Virus record (IMG/VR): IMGVR_UViG_3300037089_000251
Span: 1 to 64,000 of that record
Length of the DNA: 64,000 nt
Source of the DNA: a virus
Direction: 5' to 3' (one strand)
Shown: positions 57,637-64,000 of the stretch, in pieces
Numbering within the stretch: the stretch's first letter is position 1
Layout: each line of letters starts with the position of its first letter
Translations under genes and position numbers: made by a program
Notes under the pieces: model-generated
What the model saw: only the letters and a program-made list of their open reading frames with translations
The model's database searches: none
What the model was told of the DNA's origin: nothing

Positions 57637-57710
57637 TCCAGAGTCGTCTAACGTAGGATGCCGCTCTTTGAAAGCGTGCGATGGGGGTTCGATTCCACCC
57701 TCTGGAACCA
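57637..57710 (+). tRNA. tRNA-Gln(TTG), atypical
   Basis: Loop CTTTGAA; no D-loop GG; mismatches in the anticodon and T stems; ends ACCA. Confidence 0.75.
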
Positions 57711-57785
57711 AAGTTAAAGTCCATTATACGACACCTTAAGTTTTCCCGAAAAATCAGTTCTGGCCACGGTATTATGACTTGCAGT

Positions 57786-57856
57786 GCTGAGGCTATGGGG
57801 GCGCTTCCTTCTAAATTGACTCATACTCAAACCCTAGCTCCCCCGGTTTCCTCAGC
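57786..57856 (+). ncRNA. UCCUUCUA-loop RNA motif, copy 1
   Basis: GCTGAGG/CCTCAGC, CTAT.GGTTT internal loop, GGGGG/CCCCC, GCT/AGC; preceded by CGGTATTAT. Confidence 0.72.
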
Positions 57857-57892
57857 GTAATTTTTGGATTTACCCGGTATTCTATAAGTGGT

Positions 57893-57955
57893 GGCTGGCT
57901 ATGGGGGCGCTTCCTTCTATTCCTTTGGCGAAAATAGCTCTCCTGATTTCCAGCC
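57893..57955 (+). ncRNA. UCCUUCUA-loop RNA motif, copy 2
   Basis: GGCTGG/CCAGCC, CTAT.GATTT, GGGGG/CTCCT, GCT/AGC; preceded by CGGTATTCT. Confidence 0.72.
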
Positions 57956-58045
57956 CCGTTCTCATCCCAGTTCCTAGTGATTAGTCCGCATCAAGGTCAC
58001 GGTTGCTACAGCCGAGGCATAGCCTCGTGCCCGAGGAGGCTGAAA

Positions 58046-60238
58046 ATGGAGAACAAGAAGCTGAACACCATACTGATTCGCCGCAAGGGACTCGTGTTGG
58101 TCCCGGATGCGACTACGCCGTTCCCCACTGGGGCTGATGCCGTCGTTCATCGTGACCGCATGAAGACCCTTCTCGCCACCTTCAACCGGAACCTTCAGGA
58201 CATCGGCTACACCCTGTCGGCGAAGCTCATCAAGGCACTCTGCCTTGCGGACGAGCGCTATGCCCTCAACACCATGAAGTCCATCCTTGAAATCGTCAAG
58301 GAACTCGGCGGCGTCAAGCACTATTACCCGATGTACCCGAACTTCCCCGAGCAGGTCATCCAGATGGAGGAGGCGGAGCTTTACCTGAACGCCGTCTTCC
58401 ACTACTTCTCCGACTGGCTCGCCGATATCTCGGGCGACCGGGACTACATCTGGATGCCCCGCTACCACAAGGACCACCGGGAGCCGCTGCACGAGAAGGT
58501 CAAGCTGCGTGTGCTCGACCTCGGCACCGAAGATTATGTGAACACCCTGGCGACCCAGCTTGCCACCGCCAATACCTCCCTGTCGCCGACCGACAAGGCA
58601 GACCTGGCAGTCCTCATCGCCGATTTCAGGAAGCTGCCGGAAGGCATCCCCAACAAGGAGAACCTTGCCTTCGTGGCTTCCGTCCTGTTCCAGAGGGTGG
58701 AGGACCTGACCCCGTACTTCAAGACCGCCACCGATGTCCTTCGGCTCGCCACGGCGCTGAGCGAGGGGGACGTGTCCCTTGCCGCCCCGTCGAAGTTCCG
58801 CAAGTTCAAGAGGGTCGAACGGCGCAGGCTGCTTGACCTGATTGACCACTGCGGCAACCTTCAGGAGGACATGCTGCGCTTCGAGGGACGGTGGGTGAAG
58901 CTCTCCGAGCGCCTGCACCCCGGCGACTACTGGGACAAGTACCAGAAGGCGTTCTCGGCGATTCAGGCCATCCGCAACGGGCACACCGACCAGACCTTCC
59001 GCTCCAAGGTGGAGGAGGCTGTCCGGGGCGGGAAGGTTAAGGCTGCCGTCGAGCTTCTGGGGGACCGCCCCGGCGAGTTCGGCCGCCGTCTCGACCACTT
59101 GGTTCGGAAGGCCCGCACCAAGGATGCCAAGGTTGCGGCCATCCAGGGATTCCTTGACGTTGCGTCCGTCGCCTCGACCCCCGTGCTGCTCCAGATGATG
59201 GCGCACTTCGACCACCGTCAGGACGGAACGGACAGGACCATCTTCCCCAAGGGGAACGTGGCCAAGGTCATGAGCATCGACCCTCTCCCGGAGATGGACG
59301 GGGAGCTTTCCAAGCTGGTGTCCCGTGGCATCCGCCGTGTCCTCCGCAAGCGGTTCAGCGAGCTACCGGAGCTTGGGAACGTATACCTCGACCCGGCGCT
59401 CAAGGACTACCTGCTCCCTTTCAGCCAGAGGAGCGCCTCGAAGGCATTGAGGACGCTCGTCCGGGGCAGCCACATCCCGTTCGGATTTTCGGACAAGAAC
59501 ACCATCCGCCTGTTCATCTGGTGGAAGGAGCCGAAGGGGGGGTTGCAGGGGGAGTGGTCCGACCGTGTGGACCTCGACCTGTCGGCGGTCGCCTATGCCG
59601 ATGGCTGGAGGAACTTGGGTGCGGTCGCCTACTACGACTTGCGGAACGACTATGCCCGGCACTCCGGGGACATCACGTCCGCCCCGAAGGGAGCGAGCGA
59701 GTTCATTGACATCGACATCAACAAGGCGCTTGCGGCCGGTGTCCGCTACATCGTCATGAGCGTCAACAGCTACACCGAGCAGAACCTCTGTGACCTTCCT
59801 GAGTGCTATGCCGGTTGGATGCTCCGGGAGAAGCCGCAGTCCGGGGAGGTCTATGACCCTCGTACCCTTGAGGACAAGGTTGACCTCGCCATGCAGGCGA
59901 CGGCGGGAATCCCGCTCATCGCCGACCTGGTGGAGCGCAAGCTCATCTGGTGCGATGCCGCCATGTCGGTAAACCGCTACCGCTGGAACAATGTCGAGAG
60001 CAACAAGGGGACCATCGAGCTTCTCGGCAAGGCTCTGGAGAATGTCACCAAGCCGAGCATCTACGACCTGCTCTACCTGCACGCCAAGGCCCGTGGGACG
60101 CTCGTGGAAGACCGTAAGAAGGCGGATGTGGAGTTCTCCGTCGCCAAGGGCACCCAGTATGACCTTGAGAGGCTTGCCTCCGAGTTCATGGCGGATGCCC
60201 CCAAGGCGATGCCGAAGGCACACACCGCAGCGGCGTAA
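58046..60238 (+). CDS. Large helical-repeat protein with C-terminal TerD-like domain (possible Ro60/TROVE relative)
   Basis: PMYPNFP, ENLA, TATDVLRLA, RPGEFGRRLDHL; C-terminal RVDLDLSA...HSGDITSAPKGASEFID; GAGGAGG RBS. Confidence 0.8.
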   Translation: MENKKLNTILIRRKGLVLVPDATTPFPTGADAVVHRDRMKTLLATFNRNLQDIGYTLSAKLIKALCLADERYALNTMKSILEIVKELGGVKHYYPMYPNFPEQVIQMEEAELYLNAVFHYFSDWLADISGDRDYIWMPRYHKDHREPLHEKVKLRVLDLGTEDYVNTLATQLATANTSLSPTDKADLAVLIADFRKLPEGIPNKENLAFVASVLFQRVEDLTPYFKTATDVLRLATALSEGDVSLAAPSKFRKFKRVERRRLLDLIDHCGNLQEDMLRFEGRWVKLSERLHPGDYWDKYQKAFSAIQAIRNGHTDQTFRSKVEEAVRGGKVKAAVELLGDRPGEFGRRLDHLVRKARTKDAKVAAIQGFLDVASVASTPVLLQMMAHFDHRQDGTDRTIFPKGNVAKVMSIDPLPEMDGELSKLVSRGIRRVLRKRFSELPELGNVYLDPALKDYLLPFSQRSASKALRTLVRGSHIPFGFSDKNTIRLFIWWKEPKGGLQGEWSDRVDLDLSAVAYADGWRNLGAVAYYDLRNDYARHSGDITSAPKGASEFIDIDINKALAAGVRYIVMSVNSYTEQNLCDLPECYAGWMLREKPQSGEVYDPRTLEDKVDLAMQATAGIPLIADLVERKLIWCDAAMSVNRYRWNNVESNKGTIELLGKALENVTKPSIYDLLYLHAKARGTLVEDRKKADVEFSVAKGTQYDLERLASEFMADAPKAMPKAHTAAA

Positions 60239-60244
60239 AGCTTA

Positions 60245-60321
60245 GCTGGCTAATCTGGACCCTTCCTTCTATACTTTGAGAGCCGAAAGGCTCCCGCCAA
60301 ACAGGTTCCGGGGTTTCCAGC
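60245..60321 (+). ncRNA. UCCUUCUA-loop RNA motif, copy 3
   Basis: GCTGG/CCAGC, CTAAT.GGTTT, CTGGA/TCCGG, CCT/AGG (compensatory changes); extra GAGCC-GAAA-GGCTC hairpin. Confidence 0.72.
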
Positions 60322-60328
60322 GGATACT

Positions 60329-60389
60329 AGAGGGTGGCTCAAGGGGTATCATTAAATTGAAAACCCCATCGGCTGCCCTCTTTTATTTT
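60329..60389 (+). terminator. Probable intrinsic terminator
   Basis: AGAGGGTGGCT/GGCTGCCCTCT followed by TTTATTTT. Confidence 0.55.
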
Positions 60390-60428
60390 ACAACACCCGT
60401 ATGAATACAAAATATTTAATTCGTCTAT

Positions 60429-61037
60429 ATGACTAAGGAAGTCTTCCTCTATCGGTATCTGCATCCCTTCTTCTCAGAATCTTGGATTTATGTGGGTCAA
60501 ACAACAAATCCAGACTACAGGGACTCTTCCCATCGTCGGGGGACTAGGGCGTTCGGTCATCGTTTTAATGAGCGGTTTCCTGGTACTCCACTACCTAAGC
60601 CCGAAATTTTTGGAAATTCCTTCTCTACCAAAGCCAATGCTGATTGGGCTGAGATAGAGGCGATGTTCCGATTCCACACTTGGCATGGCTATCCAGGCGG
60701 GATGAACCTAACCCTTCCTGGCTCTCAGGATTATACTAATATCGGTCGTATCGGTGGTTTAAGTGTCTCTACTGAGGCGGCTATTTTGCGTGGCAAGAAG
60801 GGAAACAAAGGACTATCCCGTGAAGACAAAGTCAAGGGGGGAAGAATGGGAGCCAGAAACCAGCCCTTGGAAGCTCGGTCCCGTGGTGGGAAAAACCAAC
60901 CGTGGGAAACAAAGGTTCGTATCGGTCGTATTGGCGGTCTGCTGGGCGGACCGATTGGGGGGAAAATTACGGCTTGCCTCCGCTGGAACGTCAACCGTGG
61001 CAAGCCCTGCACCTGCGGGAAGCATGTGACTCCTTAA
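60429..61037 (+). mobile_element. Degenerate GIY-YIG-like endonuclease with Gly-rich basic repeats
   Basis: FLYRY...IYVGQT, GGMN; RIGG/RGG repeats; lower GC. Confidence 0.55.
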
Positions 61038-61092
61038 AAATCCCCCGTAAAACTCGGTTATGCTGTGTATACTATGGGTGGAGGCAATCACC

Positions 61093-61308
61093 ATGGCTTT
61101 TGATTCCTTGCTAAACTTCGAGCCTGACCCTCCCGACCATATGGCCACCCAGAAGGAGGCCGACCAGGAGTATGCCCGCAATGTGGGGCATGAGCGCCGT
61201 GGCCAAGCTTGGATTCTGGCGGATACCGACGTGTGGTACCGCAACCCCTACTACAGCGGGCCTCCTGTCCCCCACCCGGAGGAAGAACCGGAAGGAGCCT
61301 ATGCCTAA
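61093..61308 (+). CDS. Hypothetical protein
   Basis: GGAGG RBS; AWILADTDVWYRNPYYSGPPVPHPE motif. Confidence 0.7.
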   Translation: MAFDSLLNFEPDPPDHMATQKEADQEYARNVGHERRGQAWILADTDVWYRNPYYSGPPVPHPEEEPEGAYA

Positions 61309-61492
61309 AATCATCAAGGTCAGCGACCTCAGGGTCGGGGACATCCTGCACCACCGGAACATCGGGCTGGTCCAGTATACGGACGATGCGGCCGAGTTAC
61401 AAAGAACCAACCCCGACCCTACCTCCATCTTCGTGCAGTACCGGGGGGCGGTCATCGAGGTCAGCGTCCATCTGGTGGACAAGTCCGCCTGA
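61301..61492 (+). CDS. Small hypothetical protein
   Basis: AAGGAG RBS; VSDLRVGD. Confidence 0.6.
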   Translation: MPKIIKVSDLRVGDILHHRNIGLVQYTDDAAELQRTNPDPTSIFVQYRGAVIEVSVHLVDKSA

Positions 61493-61991
61493 GGGGTGTG
61501 AGTGGAATTAGCCTGTATCGTCCCCAACTGACTCGTTCGAGCCATTTCTTCCGCCGTAGAGATTCGATTACATTGTCGGCGGCTTTTTTACTGGAGCCTA
61601 GCAGGGCGATGATTTCGGTTCTGTTTACCTTTGTCCTTTTCTGCTCCTCCATCGTGAGCACGACCTTGGCTTCTTGTCGTGACAAAGTCCGTGGAAGGGC
61701 AGGTTTAATGGGCTTTACGGGAGGAAAATGGACTCCGATGCTTCTGATGTCATCAGGAGATAGGCGGAACCACTCATAGTGGACATGTTTTTCAGAGAAT
61801 TGCTGATGTAACCGTTTCTCTCCTGCTGGAGCGTTGTCTGAGTATGCTGTGGCTGCTATCCTTAGGATAACCGGTGAGCCTACCTGCAAGTGATGGAGCC
61901 TGTTTTCCTGAGGGTGGCGACGAGAATACCCAATTTTATAGACGCCAAGCTCGTCATTGCCGATGACATACACATAGCCTTTAAGTCGCAT
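61461..61991 (-). CDS. T5orf172/GIY-YIG family protein with a C-terminal AbiEi-like wHTH segment
   Basis: YVYVIG...YKIGYS...RL..LQVGSP...EWFRL; C-terminal LRRKKWLERVSWGRYRLIPL. Confidence 0.75.
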   Translation of the reverse strand: MRLKGYVYVIGNDELGVYKIGYSRRHPQENRLHHLQVGSPVILRIAATAYSDNAPAGEKRLHQQFSEKHVHYEWFRLSPDDIRSIGVHFPPVKPIKPALPRTLSRQEAKVVLTMEEQKRTKVNRTEIIALLGSSKKAADNVIESLRRKKWLERVSWGRYRLIPLTPLRRTCPPDGR

Positions 61992-62085
61992 TTTTATCTC
62001 CATTAGATAATAATGGAAGTCAATTATTTTCAATACTCTGTGCAAATAACCCCCCTTTGTAGGGGTTTTTGATGAAAGGAATAAC

Positions 62086-62457
62086 ATGAAGAAACCCATC
62101 GACGACACCTGCAAGGACTATCCCATCCAGCCCAAGGACATCAATACCTCGGAGCACTTCTGGTCGGCGTTCGGAGAGCACGACACGGAGGTATCCGCCG
62201 CCTACATCGTCATGCTCTGCCAGAATAACAAGGGATGGAAGCCCTTCACCTTCGAGGAAATCAACCGGTTGTACAAGTGCAACAAGGACCCGGAGACGCT
62301 GGACTATGACTTCAACAACCTCAGGGCGTGGAATATCCCCCTCAACCAAGAACAATACCAGTACATTCAGCATGGCGAGGACGGCAAGTTCCGGGTCACG
62401 CACGAGTTCGTCACCGCCTGCTTCGGGTCGTCCCCCAGTAAGGACAGGCTGAGATAG
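62086..62457 (+). CDS. Hypothetical protein
   Basis: AAAGGA RBS; 123 aa. Confidence 0.7.
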   Translation: MKKPIDDTCKDYPIQPKDINTSEHFWSAFGEHDTEVSAAYIVMLCQNNKGWKPFTFEEINRLYKCNKDPETLDYDFNNLRAWNIPLNQEQYQYIQHGEDGKFRVTHEFVTACFGSSPSKDRLR

Positions 62458-62512
62458 GCGGAATCCTCTAAGATTAGGGTTTTCCCGGTGTATACTGTAC
62501 TTGGGAGAATAC

Positions 62513-63334
62513 ATGGCAAAGAGTGTTCGACAACCAAAATACGTTGCGCCCACGACCTATGAGGGGTGGCTGGCGGAGGCGCACGCCGAGTGGGCCAGCC
62601 GCAACCGGCACTTCCATCCGTCCCCCGACCCCACCTACCAGTATGTCGTGGGGGAAGAGGTTGAGTTCCACGGGTACAAGGATGTCCGGGTCGAGGAAAT
62701 ACTGGACGGCGGGATGCGCCTGCACCTGAGCTATCAGGACATCAGCAAGACCTCCGATGGCTTCTTCGACCGTGGCCGCAAGCCCAAGCTGGCTTGGTGG
62801 TTCGATGTCATCCCCAAGAAGCATATCGAGCCGACCGCCTTCTCCCGTGAGCGCATCCGTGCGCAGTATATCGGGACATCCTTGGACAGCCTTATCCACA
62901 CCTGCTACTTCCGGGGTCTGCTTGACAACCCCGACTACCAGCGGGACTACGTGTGGACGCTGGAGGACAAGCAGCGGCTAGTCCGCAGCATCTTCAACCG
63001 CTGCGACATCGGCAAGTTCGTGCTCATATCCTTCCCCGAAACCGAGGAACTGGAGGTCGTGGACGGCAAGCAGCGGCTCCGGGCGATACTCGACTTCATC
63101 GAGGGGCGCTACCCGTTCGAGGGGAAGTACTGGAATCAGCTTTCTTGGAAGGACCGCCACTCCTTCAACGACATCATGGTGCAGTACTGCGAACTGGATA
63201 GTACTATGGTGAAGAAGTCCGATATCCTGTGGCTCTTCCTGAGCATCAATGCCGGGGGCGTGCCGCAGACCGAGGAGCACATCGCCAAGGCTAAGAGGAT
63301 GTACGAGGCAGAACTGGCGAAGGAGAATAGCTAA
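62513..63334 (+). CDS. DUF262 (ParB-like) domain protein
   Basis: NPDYQRDYVW, VVDGKQRL, F..IN.GG. Confidence 0.88.
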   Translation: MAKSVRQPKYVAPTTYEGWLAEAHAEWASRNRHFHPSPDPTYQYVVGEEVEFHGYKDVRVEEILDGGMRLHLSYQDISKTSDGFFDRGRKPKLAWWFDVIPKKHIEPTAFSRERIRAQYIGTSLDSLIHTCYFRGLLDNPDYQRDYVWTLEDKQRLVRSIFNRCDIGKFVLISFPETEELEVVDGKQRLRAILDFIEGRYPFEGKYWNQLSWKDRHSFNDIMVQYCELDSTMVKKSDILWLFLSINAGGVPQTEEHIAKAKRMYEAELAKENS

Positions 63335-63528
63335 TGGCAATCAGGGTCATCAGGAAGCCTCCCGAGGAGAAGCCACAGGAAATCGAATGCCCCGAGTGCC
63401 ATGCAGCCTTGGAGTACCTGCCCTCGGATGTCAAGCACCAGAGCGACTACGGGGAGAGTTGGGACGAGATTACATGCCCCAATTGCAGCAAGAGAGTCTA
63501 CATGAACAGCGATAGCAACTGGAGGTAG
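63334..63528 (+). CDS. Zn-ribbon protein
   Basis: CPEC...CPNC. Confidence 0.7.
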   Translation: MAIRVIRKPPEEKPQEIECPECHAALEYLPSDVKHQSDYGESWDEITCPNCSKRVYMNSDSNWR

Positions 63529-63530
63529 CC

Positions 63531-63848
63531 ATGGCAAAGAAACGGCAAGCCAGACCCATGAAACCGGATGAGGTGGGGGCAAAGAAAAGAGGGCTGTTCC
63601 CTTCCGAGGTCTTCCACGCCTTCGACGAGCTTATCGCCAAGGACTTCCAGGACGGTCAGGCGGTGGTCGGCCAGTGGAAGGTCATCGACCTCATGGTCAA
63701 GAAGGGGCTTAAACGGGATAAGATATTCAGCGAGGGGTGGCTCAACATCGAGAGCGTCTACGAGGACGCCGGGTGGGACGTGTACTACGACAAGCCGGGG
63801 TTCAATGAGGACTACGAGCCGAGCTTCCACTTCACCAAGAAGGAGTAA
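63531..63848 (+). CDS. Hypothetical protein
   Basis: GGAGG RBS; WLNIE..Y..AGWDVYYDKPGFNE motif. Confidence 0.7.
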   Translation: MAKKRQARPMKPDEVGAKKRGLFPSEVFHAFDELIAKDFQDGQAVVGQWKVIDLMVKKGLKRDKIFSEGWLNIESVYEDAGWDVYYDKPGFNEDYEPSFHFTKKE

Positions 63849-63850
63849 CC

Positions 63851-64000
63851 ATGTTCTCGACCAAGACGAAGAGGCAGATTGCCGACGCCGTGCAGAGAAT
63901 CCTCCGGGACACCAAGGACTGGGAGCTACCGCAGGGCGAGATTACCTTCCACCTGCATGTGGACGGGGATGACCCGAACATGTCGTGGGCGGACATCCGC
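63851..64000 (+). CDS. Hypothetical protein (runs off the window end)
   Basis: AAGGAG RBS, ATG at 63851, open to the end of the window. Confidence 0.55.
   Translation, partial: MFSTKTKRQIADAVQRILRDTKDWELPQGEITFHLHVDGDDPNMSWADIR

Noticed and set aside
57786-57955. CRISPR mini-array (repeated GGCTATGGGGGCGCTTCCTTCTA)
   Set aside because: Only two tandem copies, each pairing with its own downstream sequence; no cas genes; the third copy shows covariation rather than identity.
3446-59215. Many long antisense or alternative-frame ORFs (e.g. 3446..4417, 6997..8283, 19176..20681, 28234..29679, 30142..31710, 57974..59215)
   Set aside because: Shadow ORFs expected from high third-position GC opposite well-supported genes.
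1-64000. Stop-codon reassignment
   Set aside because: Genes are long and tightly packed in code 11, end in TAA, TAG and TGA, and no suppressor tRNA is present in the window.

Overview
This 64 kb window is part of a large, GC-rich, tailed (contractile-tail type) bacteriophage genome read in the standard genetic code. Left arm, minus strand (1-8.3 kb): the start of a tRNA array that continues off the window edge, NADAR, an HslV/proteasome-like peptidase, class II ribonucleotide reductase, a YdaU/DUF1376-like protein and a DnaB-like helicase. Middle, mostly plus strand (8.4-50.6 kb): tail and baseplate morphogenesis genes (tape-measure-like, hub, spike, gp25- and gp6/J-like wedge proteins, a 2019-aa Ig-repeat protein), RlpA and GH19 lysis enzymes, and homing endonucleases, one of which splits a Nudix gene. 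Right arm (50.8-64 kb): accessory genes, a second tRNA array containing a GGQ peptidyl-tRNA hydrolase, and a helical+TerD-like protein flanked by three covarying copies of a small RNA motif. Main discovery: both tRNA operons start from a near-identical promoter and are preceded by an unannotated leader peptide with a classical terminator/antiterminator attenuator. In each case the leader's control codons match the tRNAs downstream: T-Q-T-Q-T-Q-I ahead of the Thr/Gln/Ile tRNAs, and a run of GNN codons ahead of the Val/Gly/Ala tRNAs. This suggests a ribosome-stalling sensor that switches on phage tRNA and ribosome-rescue genes when specific host tRNAs are depleted. All protein calls are by motif recognition and all RNA pairings were done by hand; no searches or folding programs were run.
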